Positions 44,367 through 52,992 of a stretch of 64,000 bases of DNA are shown here, one piece after another. The notes beneath the pieces are model-generated. The model did no database searches. It saw only the letters and a program-made list of their open reading frames with translations, and had not been told where the DNA came from. The position numbers and the translations under genes are program-made. Positions within the stretch are counted from its first letter, which is position 1, and the number at the start of each line of letters is the position of its first letter. Source of the DNA: an uncultured Candidatus Saccharibacteria bacterium (GTDB lineage: Bacteria; Patescibacteriota; Minisyncoccia; Phycocordibacterales; PALSA-1337); contig CAZBVQ010000003.1 in assembly GCA_964495685.1 (NCBI GenBank), positions 4,824 to 68,823 on the forward strand. Reading direction: 5' to 3'.

Positions 44367-45461
44367 ATGGAATCGTCAGCACACAATAGCCGTCTCAGCA
44401 TTAGTACAGGCACCATAGTACGTTTTTTTGTCGTCCTTATTCTTATTGCGGCGCTCTACTACATGTCGGATGTCGTTCTGGTAATTCTGGCTGCGGTGGT
44501 CATAGCATCATCTATCGAGCCCGTCGTACGTCGTATGAGAGTATGGTTTCATCTGCACCGCGTGGTCAGTGTGATCATCATCTACCTTGTTCTTGCCGCT
44601 ATAATTGCCGGATTCGTCGTCTTCCTGCTGCCACTCATTCTCAGTGATGCGGTCAATTTCCTTTCTGCCATTCCCAAGACTATATCGCTCGAGACACTCT
44701 GGAGCCCAATTCAGAGCATTGGTTCAGCCGCTGATGGATCGTCACTGGCGGCCCACACGGTCTCCGTATCCGATTTGATCAGAGGTCTACAAGATTTTCT
44801 TGTTGGATCGAGTTCGGGTATTGTCCAGACGGTGAGCACATTGTTCGGTGGTGCACTGGGTTTGATACTTATTCTGGTACTGTCGTTTTATCTGGCCGCC
44901 CAGGAGGATGGTGTCGATGATTTCTTGCGTATTGTTACACCAGTTAGACACTATGATTACATTATTGATCTCTGGAAACGTTCTCGCCGCAAGATCGGCC
45001 TCTGGCTTCAGGGTCAGGTACTGCTCGGTATTATTGTCGGTCTCCTTGTGTACCTTGTCCTCACGGTCGTCGGCATCCCCCACGCACTTCTCTTGGCTAT
45101 ATTTGCTGGAGTACTAGAAATCATCCCCGTTTTCGGTCCGATTGTATCTGCTGTTCCTGCTATCATCCTAGCTTTTGCGGATCAGGGGGCAGGTATCGGA
45201 TTCTTGGTTGTAGGCCTCTATCTCATCATTCACCAGTTCGAAAATCACCTCTTCTATCCCTTGGTGGTCAAGAAGATCGTCGGTATTTCACCGATCGTGG
45301 TCATCGTCGCCCTTGTCATTGGTGCCAAGTTGGCCGGTATTCTCGGGGCACTCATTGCCGTTCCGATCTCTGCGGCGTTCATGGAATACGTGCACGACAT
45401 CGAAAAGTACAAGAAGCTCGAGCGTGCCGAGAGGGCAGTAGAGAAGGGCGGTGCGCTGTAG
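44367..45461 (+). CDS. AI-2E family transporter (PerM/UPF0118)
   Basis: 8-TM ORF with the conserved central LGIIVGLLVY...IPVFGPIVSAVPAI region. Leaderless ATG 7 nt after TGtGCTACAAT. Confidence 0.75.
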   Translation: MESSAHNSRLSISTGTIVRFFVVLILIAALYYMSDVVLVILAAVVIASSIEPVVRRMRVWFHLHRVVSVIIIYLVLAAIIAGFVVFLLPLILSDAVNFLSAIPKTISLETLWSPIQSIGSAADGSSLAAHTVSVSDLIRGLQDFLVGSSSGIVQTVSTLFGGALGLILILVLSFYLAAQEDGVDDFLRIVTPVRHYDYIIDLWKRSRRKIGLWLQGQVLLGIIVGLLVYLVLTVVGIPHALLLAIFAGVLEIIPVFGPIVSAVPAIILAFADQGAGIGFLVVGLYLIIHQFENHLFYPLVVKKIVGISPIVVIVALVIGAKLAGILGALIAVPISAAFMEYVHDIEKYKKLERAERAVEKGGAL

Positions 45462-45506
45462 TAACTCCTCTTTCCCGAAGCCCCAATTCACGCTAGACTA
45501 AGCTTC

Positions 45507-46949
45507 ATGAGTAAAACGCCTTTCTACATCACTACGACACTCCCGTACGTCAATTCTGATCCTCATATCGGCTTTGCCATGGAGATTATTCGTGCAGACG
45601 TCATAGCTCGAGCCAAGAAGCTTGAAGGTTTCGACGTATTTTTCAATACGGGCACTGACGAACATGGCGTGAAGATATATCAGAAGGCACTTAGTGGGCA
45701 AGAAGATACTCAAGCATTCGTCGATCGCTACGCGGCCAAGTTCAAGGAGTTACAGAATATTCTCGGACTTTCTCCTGATATACATTTCATACGCACAACT
45801 GATGACAAGCACGTCGCTGCGGCACAAGAATTTTGGCGTATCTGTGACAAGAATGGCTTCATTTACAAGAAAGTATACAAGACCAAGTATTGCTCTGGTT
45901 GCGAATTGGAAAAGACTGACACTGAGCTCAATGATGACGGGCGTTGCTTCATTCACCCAACCATCGACCTCATGCTCATTGATGAAGAGAATTATTTCTT
46001 CAAATTCAGCGCCTTTCAGCAGAAGCTTCTCGATCTGTACGCTTCAAATCCGAAATTGATCGTTCCCGATTTTCGTTTCAATGAGATCAAGGCCTTCGTC
46101 GAACGTGGACTCGAAGATTTCAGCATTTCACGTCTTGCCACCAAGATGCCTTGGGGCGTGCCAGTGCCTGGTGACAAGGATCATGTCATGTATGTCTGGT
46201 TCGATGCCTTGGTGAGCTATATTTCTACTCTCGGTTGGCCTGAAGATACCAAAAATTTCGAAAAATTCTGGCAGAATGGGACGCCGGTGCAATATTGTGG
46301 CAAGGACAATCTTCGTCAGCAATCAGCAATGTGGCAGGCCATGCTCATGTCGGTCGGTTTACCGCCGACTCACACTATTGTGATTGATGGTTTCGTGACA
46401 GGTGAGGGAGGGGTCAAGATGTCCAAGTCGTTGGGCAACACTATCGATCCGCTCGATATCGTCAAGGAATATGGTGTCGATGCTCTGCGCTATTATGTCT
46501 GCCGTGAACTCAGTCCTTTTGAAGATAGCCCATTTACTATGGATAAGTTCAAAGAGGCTTACAATGCTCATCTGGCAAATGGGGTCGGCAATTTGACGAG
46601 TCGTGTCATGAAAATGGCGACTACCAATCTTGCGAGTGCTCCGGAGATCCCTTCGAAGAGTGTTCCCGCAGCATTCACTGATGCTTTGGCAGGTTTCAAC
46701 ATTCAAGCTGCAGCTCATGTCGTTTGGGAGCATATTTCAGCTGCTGACCGCATCATTCAAGAAAAAGAGCCTTTCAAACTAGTAAAGACTGACAAAGAGG
46801 CCGCCATCGAGATCATCAAGGATTTGTGTGTACGACTCTACACTATTGGAGACATGCTCGAACCGATTATGCCACAGACGTCTGAATTGCTCAAAAAACT
46901 GGTGAAGGAACACAAGATGCCAGAGCAACCTCTCTTCATGAGGAAATAG
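45507..46949 (+). CDS. metG: methionyl-tRNA synthetase (short form)
   Basis: TTTLPYVNSDPHIGF (HIGH region), zinc knuckle CSGCELE...C, KMSKSLGN. Confidence 0.9.
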   Translation: MSKTPFYITTTLPYVNSDPHIGFAMEIIRADVIARAKKLEGFDVFFNTGTDEHGVKIYQKALSGQEDTQAFVDRYAAKFKELQNILGLSPDIHFIRTTDDKHVAAAQEFWRICDKNGFIYKKVYKTKYCSGCELEKTDTELNDDGRCFIHPTIDLMLIDEENYFFKFSAFQQKLLDLYASNPKLIVPDFRFNEIKAFVERGLEDFSISRLATKMPWGVPVPGDKDHVMYVWFDALVSYISTLGWPEDTKNFEKFWQNGTPVQYCGKDNLRQQSAMWQAMLMSVGLPPTHTIVIDGFVTGEGGVKMSKSLGNTIDPLDIVKEYGVDALRYYVCRELSPFEDSPFTMDKFKEAYNAHLANGVGNLTSRVMKMATTNLASAPEIPSKSVPAAFTDALAGFNIQAAAHVVWEHISAADRIIQEKEPFKLVKTDKEAAIEIIKDLCVRLYTIGDMLEPIMPQTSELLKKLVKEHKMPEQPLFMRK

Positions 46950-46950
46950 T

Positions 46951-47505
46951 ATGAAGGTATTACTGATTGATAATGGGACGAAATTATTGACACAGTTGCA
47001 AGACTTGCTTGGTCATCATGAAATTACAAGGCGATGGGAAGATTCGTCAGCATATATCACAGAAGGATATGGACTCATTGTTTTGTCTGGTAGTAGTGAG
47101 CGATCAGTTGTCCATAACCAAGGAGTCTTTTCCAAGGAGATAGATCTGATCAAGACGTCAGAGGTTCCGATTATCGGGATATGTTTCGGATGCGAACTCA
47201 TCGTGAGCGCTTGTGGTGGTGAGCTTGCTCAGATGGATCACCGTATACAGGGCACACAGACTATCCGTATGGTAGACAAACAACTACCATTTTCGGAAAT
47301 CCAGGTCTATGAGAGTCATCGGTGGGTGATCAAAAGATTATCGAAGGAATTTGAAGTATTAGCTGAGTCTGATCAGGGGCCTGAGGTTATTCGTCATGTA
47401 ACACGTCCCATATACGGCTTACAGTTTCATCCTGAGAAATGCGTGGATGAATTACAAGGAGACGATTTGTTTAGGAGTATAATCGCTAAGTTACATCTTG
47501 CATGA
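46951..47505 (+). CDS. class-I glutamine amidotransferase domain protein (stand-alone GATase1)
   Basis: Catalytic Cys in IGICFGCELI and His in the QFHPE motif. Confidence 0.65.
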   Translation: MKVLLIDNGTKLLTQLQDLLGHHEITRRWEDSSAYITEGYGLIVLSGSSERSVVHNQGVFSKEIDLIKTSEVPIIGICFGCELIVSACGGELAQMDHRIQGTQTIRMVDKQLPFSEIQVYESHRWVIKRLSKEFEVLAESDQGPEVIRHVTRPIYGLQFHPEKCVDELQGDDLFRSIIAKLHLA

Positions 47506-48320
47506 ACTATATAGACATCCACGGCCACATCAATTTCGACGATTATTCGGCTGATCGCGAAGAGGTTATCAAGCGTGCCCAAGAAGGGGGAGTCGGCATT
47601 ATTTCTGTGGGTACAGGTCTAGAATCATCACGGGCTGCTATCAAGTTGGCTGAAATTCATGAGAACATGTGGGCCGTTGTCGGTATTCATCCCACTGATA
47701 CAGCGAGTGATGTTGCGCATGATGAGTTTGAGGCCATCAAAAAACTTGCAACTCACCAGAAAGTGGTCGCTATCGGCGAGTGTGGTCTTGATTATTTCCA
47801 TTCGAAACCAGATGATATTCCCAAACAAAAAGATTTATTTGAAAAACATATCATGCTGGCCAATGAAGTACATAAACCTCTCATGCTCCATGTTAGAAAT
47901 GCCAAGCCAAACTCGCAAGGTGGGTCAGTCGCCATCGATCCATCAGAGCATAATGCATATCAGGAGGTAATCTCGATGCTCAAAAAAACGGCGCGCGTAC
48001 GTAGTAACTTTCACTTCTTCGCTGGCACGATACAAGATGCACAGGATATCGTGGCGATGGGAAATACCATTTCATTTACCGGTGTCCTGACCTTTGCACG
48101 CAACTACGATGGGATAGTAAAGTCTGTTCCGGTAACTTCGATAATGTCAGAGACCGACTGTCCGTATGTTGCACCCATACCTTTTCGGGGAAAACGCTGT
48201 GAGCCTGTCCATGTTATCGAAACGGTAAAGAAGATTGCCGAAATTAGGGGTGAGTCTCTGGATGCGGTCGAGAAGCAGTTGTTGGAGAATGCGCGAGCTC
48301 TTTTTGACCTGAATTTCTAG
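47502..48320 (+). CDS. tatD: TatD-family metal-dependent hydrolase/DNase
   Basis: YIDIHGHINFDDY...GIHPTD...GECGLDY motifs. Confidence 0.85.
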   Translation: MNYIDIHGHINFDDYSADREEVIKRAQEGGVGIISVGTGLESSRAAIKLAEIHENMWAVVGIHPTDTASDVAHDEFEAIKKLATHQKVVAIGECGLDYFHSKPDDIPKQKDLFEKHIMLANEVHKPLMLHVRNAKPNSQGGSVAIDPSEHNAYQEVISMLKKTARVRSNFHFFAGTIQDAQDIVAMGNTISFTGVLTFARNYDGIVKSVPVTSIMSETDCPYVAPIPFRGKRCEPVHVIETVKKIAEIRGESLDAVEKQLLENARALFDLNF

Positions 48321-48333
48321 GCCCGGCCTAGAA
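48315..48333. promoter_or_regulatory. palindrome TTCTAGGCC-C-GGCCTAGAA (copy 3 of 3) overlapping the tatD stop codon
   Basis: Identical to the copy at 21834-21852. Confidence 0.6.
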
Positions 48334-48352
48334 TATTCCGCCACTAAGACAT

Positions 48353-48393
48353 ATCTTCAGCGAATCTTCAGCAGTTCTTCATTATTTCTTCAT
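48353..48393 (+). repeat. 41-bp repeat atcttcagcgaatNttca...ttcttcattatttcttcat (copy 1; copy 2 at 61674-61714)
   Basis: 36/41 identical between two intergenic regions. Both lie upstream of + strand genes (rpsF; the beta-helix/lipase gene). Confidence 0.6.
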
Positions 48394-48568
48394 TGTTACT
48401 TGATACGATGATAGCGCCCTCGGGCACCATGTCCTTCGGGGCACTTCTTGCATGAGGCGTCGATGTGTGGTAATCTGCGCTCATTACAACTAACGCAGTA
48501 TGTCCTTTCTGTCGAAAGGTCCCAGAGTCAGCTATAGGCAAACGATGGGTCACAGACTGCACAATCAC

Positions 48569-49072
48569 ATGACTACAACTACTCACGACGAACAGTCGGT
48601 GTACGAGGTCGGATATCTTATCGTGTCATCGATTCCGGAGGAGAAAGTTCCGGAAGAAGGTGAGGCGGTGAAGAAAATTATCACAGACGCGGGCGCTTCG
48701 GTTATTGCCGAAGAGGCACCGCATCGCGAGCATCTTGCCTATACAATTAGCAAGAAGACCGTTTCTGGTGGCTACGATCGTTATGACGTTGCCCACTTCG
48801 GATGGGTCAAGTTCGAGCTTGGATCGGACAAGGTCGAGGCCGTCAAGAAGGCCATCGAGCTCCGTCCATCAGTGCTCCGCACATTACTCATCAGTACCGT
48901 TCGTGACACTACCTATCTTGGTAAGCGCGCTCCAGCATTCACGCCTATGGCGACCACCGTTAGTGCCCCAGCTACGATCTCGGGTGCTCTCGCAGATGAG
49001 AAAAAAGACGTCGCTCCAGCGACGGTCGAGGAGATGGACAAGAGCATCGACAACATGGTGAAAGAGGTATAA
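48569..49072 (+). CDS. rpsF: 30S ribosomal protein S6 with C-terminal extension
   Basis: YEVGYLIVSSIPEEK... S6 fold region. Upstream promoter TTGCAT-N17-TAATCT at ~48448-48477. Confidence 0.85.
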   Translation: MTTTTHDEQSVYEVGYLIVSSIPEEKVPEEGEAVKKIITDAGASVIAEEAPHREHLAYTISKKTVSGGYDRYDVAHFGWVKFELGSDKVEAVKKAIELRPSVLRTLLISTVRDTTYLGKRAPAFTPMATTVSAPATISGALADEKKDVAPATVEEMDKSIDNMVKEV

Positions 49073-49136
49073 TTATCAAACACCGCGTTCCGGCGTATAG
49101 ATTACAAGGAATACGGCGTAATCTCTCACAACCAGT

Positions 49137-49586
49137 ATGTATCTCAACAAAGCGTTCGTTATAGGGAATCTAACTCGTGATCCAGAGCTCAAAGCTCTGC
49201 CATCGGGTACCAAGGTATGTAGCTTCGCAGTCGCGACCAATCGTTCGTTCAAAGACAAAGAGGGCAATCGTCAAGATGCCAGTGAATTCCACAACATCGT
49301 AGCATTTGCCCGATTGGCTGAGCTGGTCGCTCAGTATATGAAGAAGGGTTCACAGGTATATGTCGAAGGTCGTCTCCAGACACGTTCCTGGGAAGACAAG
49401 AATGGTGGTGGTATGAAATATCGCACCGAAATTGTCGCTGAGGCCATCCAGTTCGGTAATCGTCCGACTGGCGCCGGAGCCCCAGCTTCGACAGGCAAGA
49501 AGGGTGCCGCAGCAACGCCAGATGTTCCATCAGACAAGATTGATTATCCGACCGAAGAGATCAACCCGGAGGATATACCGTTCTAA
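49137..49586 (+). CDS. ssb: single-stranded DNA-binding protein
   Basis: OB-fold [57 protein letters not shown] and C-terminal DIPF tail. Confidence 0.9.
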   Translation: MYLNKAFVIGNLTRDPELKALPSGTKVCSFAVATNRSFKDKEGNRQDASEFHNIVAFARLAELVAQYMKKGSQVYVEGRLQTRSWEDKNGGGMKYRTEIVAEAIQFGNRPTGAGAPASTGKKGAAATPDVPSDKIDYPTEEINPEDIPF

Positions 49587-49678
49587 GAATCAAACTATTA
49601 AACCATTTAACAATTTCACAATTCAACAGCGGACAATCTTTGAATAGTTCTTTTGTCGAATTGTCGAATCTTATTATC

Positions 49679-49882
49679 ATGAAGAAACAGTGTTATTTCT
49701 CCCAGCATAATATCCAGTATATCGATTACAAGGATACCGAGATCTTGAAGAAGTTCCTCAATCCGCATGGACGCATCCTCTCGAGGAAGCGCACCGGTAT
49801 TGCTGCCAAGTACCAGCGTCAGTTGGCTACTGCAGTCAAGCGTGCGAGGTTCATGGGCTTGTTGCCGTACGTGGCGAGCTAA
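49679..49882 (+). CDS. rpsR: 30S ribosomal protein S18
   Basis: [61 protein letters not shown]. Confidence 0.9.
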   Translation: MKKQCYFSQHNIQYIDYKDTEILKKFLNPHGRILSRKRTGIAAKYQRQLATAVKRARFMGLLPYVAS

Positions 49883-49894
49883 TCGGGCAAGCAT

Positions 49895-50045
49895 CAAAAC
49901 CGATTCAGTATTCTGTTCCAGAGACACGGAATTTGTGTGTATACAAATTCCTCTGTCCTCGATGATTTTGTGCTCAAAATCATCTGCGGGGGTCTCTTAC
50001 ACAGAACACTGAATCGGTTTTTGGTATAGCTAAATTATCGCTGCA
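49895..50045. repeat. nested inverted repeats between convergent rpsR and efp (likely a bidirectional terminator region)
   Basis: aaaaccgattcagtattctgt/acagaacactgaatcggttttt outer pair. Inner pairs ggaatttgt-gtgtatac-acaaattcc and gatgattttgtgctcaaaatcatc. Confidence 0.5.
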
Positions 50046-50059
50046 CGTACAGGATAAGC

Positions 50060-50632
50060 CTATTTGCCTACACGCTCACGATATTCACCAGTCTCGGTGT
50101 TGACTCTGATGATATCTCCTTCGTTGACGAAGAGGGGAGCGTTGATGGTCGCACCAGTCTCGAGAGTGACAACCTTGTTGCCACCGGTGGCGGTATCACC
50201 CTTTATGCCTGGAGGAGCTTCAGTTACTCTGAGGTCGACGGTGATCGGCATCTTGAAGCCCATAGGCTGTTCATCGAACAAGAATTGCTCAACGACGGTG
50301 TTAGGTTTGAGGAACTTGGCCTGAGGGCCAGCTTGATCCTCAGTGATCTTGAAGCGCTTGGAAGGGTCTTCAGCTTCACAGAACCACCATTCACCGCGGT
50401 TGGCGTAGAGGAATTTGACTTCACGACTATCGATCTCTGCCTCCTCGATCTTCTCAGACTGGTGGAATGAGTACTCGGTAACCTTGCCCGTCATGAGGTT
50501 CTTGAGCTTGGTAGCATTGACCGGCTTGCGCTGCTGTTTGCGGAAGACGTGAGATGAGAGCACTTCGTAAGGAGCGCCGTCGAGGACAATATATTTCTTT
50601 TCGGTTACTTCGTTATATTCGAGGAGGGACAT
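50060..50632 (-). CDS. efp: elongation factor P
   Basis: N-terminal KOW-like region (VFRKQQRKPVNATKLKNLMTG) and three-domain length (190 aa). Confidence 0.85.
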   Translation of the reverse strand: MSLLEYNEVTEKKYIVLDGAPYEVLSSHVFRKQQRKPVNATKLKNLMTGKVTEYSFHQSEKIEEAEIDSREVKFLYANRGEWWFCEAEDPSKRFKITEDQAGPQAKFLKPNTVVEQFLFDEQPMGFKMPITVDLRVTEAPPGIKGDTATGGNKVVTLETGATINAPLFVNEGDIIRVNTETGEYRERVGK

Positions 50633-50736
50633 GGGGATTTGTGTTTAGTTGATAGCTCGGGTAGTCTAGCTGGTTTTGTGGGAAAAGGCAAAAAAGCCGC
50701 GGACACAGGTGGTCCGCGGCTCGAAAAGTGTAATGC

Positions 50737-51126
50737 CTATGAGCGTATTCTTTGTTGGGAGAACTCTTTCCCTGCGATGGGAAATAGCATGTGAGCGATG
50801 GTGGATGTCTCAAAAAATTCACGGGTATTCATCATCATACAGACACCTTTTTTGCTCCGTGCGTTGTAGGTTCCAATGAAATAGTAACGTTCGTCCATTT
50901 TTGTGCTCAGTGTCCCTATCCGATATGCCACAAAGGAAAACTCTTCACCTGCATAATGGCTATAGGAGGGATCGCCACCAATATGAGTTATGAACAAGAC
51001 GTGCCCCTCACGACTTTCTCCTGCGAATGTGAATTTGGTGGCTAGTTCTTCTTGTGTTAGGACTCCACTCTTGAACAAAAGGTTCTTGAATCCTGGCCCA
51101 TCGATTATCTTTAACATGGTCGGCAT
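50737..51126 (-). CDS. hypothetical protein
   Basis: 129-aa ORF. No motif. Confidence 0.4.
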   Translation of the reverse strand: MPTMLKIIDGPGFKNLLFKSGVLTQEELATKFTFAGESREGHVLFITHIGGDPSYSHYAGEEFSFVAYRIGTLSTKMDERYYFIGTYNARSKKGVCMMMNTREFFETSTIAHMLFPIAGKEFSQQRIRS

Positions 51127-51324
51127 AGAATGCCCTTTCTTTGTCGGGAACTCACATGTAATTCAGTGTACATGCTGACACTCTTATTGGGCATATTCCA
51201 GATATCCCAATGACTGGATCATAAGATCACAGAATGACCAATGACATTTTACATTGTTTTTTGTTTTTGTCAAAAACACCCTTTCCTATTGGGAAGGGGT
51301 GTTTTCGTCTAACCACCAAATTTT

Positions 51325-52449
51325 TTACTGCCCACCCAGCTTGGCACGTATCTCTTTGAGCACATCATTCTTGACCTTCACATTTTCTTTCAAGAACTGT
51401 CTCGTCGCATCATAGCCGCGACCGAGTTTCACGTCACCGAATGAGTAGGAAGATCCTGACTTGGAGAGAATTTCATACTTTTCACCGAGGGCGATGATTT
51501 CTCCTTCTTGGGAAATACCTTCGTTGTACATGAGATCGAACTCTGTTTGCTTGAACGGGGCAGCAACTTTATTCTTGACCACCTTCACGCGTACACGGCC
51601 TCCCATGATTTCTTCACCCTTCTTGATTTGAGCGATGCGGCGGATGTCGAGACGGACTGAGGCGTAGAACTTCAAGGCTTTGCCACCTGGAGTCGTTTCG
51701 GGATTGCCAAACATGACACCGATCTGCATACGGATCTGGTTGATGAAGATGACCACGGTCTTGGACTTGGCGGTTATGGCTGTCATTTTGCGGAGAGCTT
51801 GAGACATGAGTCTTGCTTGTGCGCCGACGTGGTGTGCGCCCATGTCACCCTCGATTTCTGCTCGGGGGGTGAGTGCCGCTACTGAGTCAATAACAATAAC
51901 GTCCATTTTATTGGTACGGACGAGGCTGTCGACTATCTCCAGCGCTTGCTCACCAGTGTCTGGCTGGGAAATAAGGAGGTCCGTCAACTTCACACCGAGC
52001 TTGCCGGCATATTCTGGGTCCATGGCGTGCTCTGCGTCGATGTATGCGCAGACGCCGCCGAGCTTTTGTGCTTCGGCGACAACGTGGAGGGCGAGGGTTG
52101 TTTTGCCGGATGATTCGGGGCCGAATATTTCGATAATACGACCGCGGGGCATACCGCCGATACCGAGTGCCCAGTCGAGACCGAGTGAGCCAGTCGGAAT
52201 GGCATTAACGTTGACCTTCGGCTTGTCGCCGAGCTTCATGATGCTATCTTCACCGAATTTGGTGCGGATGGCGTCGAGTGCGTCAGCGATACCGGCGGCA
52301 GATTTCTTGAGGGGAGCTTTTGTTTCGGATGATTCTTCTTGTAATTCGTTCTCGGTAGAAGGGGATACAGTTTCCTGCTTCTTGACCTTCTTGTCTTTGA
52401 TTGTAGGCATATCGTTATGATTAGCTGATAAATTGTGGTCATGCGACAA
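51325..52449 (-). CDS. recA: recombinase RecA (TTG start in track; alternative ATG at 52410)
   Basis: Walker [14 protein letters not shown]2 loop region, [17 protein letters not shown]. Confidence 0.95.
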   Translation of the reverse strand: MSHDHNLSANHNDMPTIKDKKVKKQETVSPSTENELQEESSETKAPLKKSAAGIADALDAIRTKFGEDSIMKLGDKPKVNVNAIPTGSLGLDWALGIGGMPRGRIIEIFGPESSGKTTLALHVVAEAQKLGGVCAYIDAEHAMDPEYAGKLGVKLTDLLISQPDTGEQALEIVDSLVRTNKMDVIVIDSVAALTPRAEIEGDMGAHHVGAQARLMSQALRKMTAITAKSKTVVIFINQIRMQIGVMFGNPETTPGGKALKFYASVRLDIRRIAQIKKGEEIMGGRVRVKVVKNKVAAPFKQTEFDLMYNEGISQEGEIIALGEKYEILSKSGSSYSFGDVKLGRGYDATRQFLKENVKVKNDVLKEIRAKLGGQ

Positions 52450-52522
52450 CGGCTCCGTTCGTATGACTAACAGGTTGCAGTCATGTGGCTACGGCTCCGT
52501 TCGTTTGACTCACGGGTTGCAG
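52446..52522. repeat. two tandem ~34-bp direct repeats in the recA 5' leader (each with core AACGGAGCCGT(T))
   Basis: acaacggctccgttcgtatgactaacaggttgcag / ctacggctccgttcgtttgactcacgggttgcag. They lie downstream of a TGaTACAAT -10 (minus strand, 52533-52541). Confidence 0.6.
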
Positions 52523-52599
52523 GCGTAGGGGTATTGTATCACTAAAAGAAGGCAACAAAAAAGTCACTCAAGCTTGCCGAGCGAATTGTTTCGTGATAG

Positions 52600-52962
52600 C
52601 TATTTCCTCCACACTCTCACCGTTTCTTCTACTGTCCTACCGAATTGATCCTTCGCCTCAAGTCTGAGTATGTTGGTGCCAGGGAATATGACGATGGTCT
52701 CGTTGAAATTGCCACTCTCATCGATGGTGACGGCGCGGCCATTCAAGGTGATGATATTGGCACGTTCTACACGACCGATGATGTGAGTGGTCGTGGCATC
52801 GATAGATGCGAAATCTGTCGGATCACTGAGGATGATGTGAGGGCCGCGGGCATAGGCGAGGGAACGCCATATTGCATAGGCGACGATGAGGGCGACGATG
52901 ACGATGGCGCCAGCGATTCGGGTCAGTCGCAGGAATGAGGTACGAGTGAGGGGCATAGACAC
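52600..52962 (-). CDS. TM-anchored hypothetical protein
   Basis: 120-aa ORF with an N-terminal hydrophobic helix. Confidence 0.45.
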   Translation of the reverse strand: MSMPLTRTSFLRLTRIAGAIVIVALIVAYAIWRSLAYARGPHIILSDPTDFASIDATTTHIIGRVERANIITLNGRAVTIDESGNFNETIVIFPGTNILRLEAKDQFGRTVEETVRVWRK

Positions 52963-52992
52963 TACAGAGGATAGCAGAAAAACCTCAAAGGT

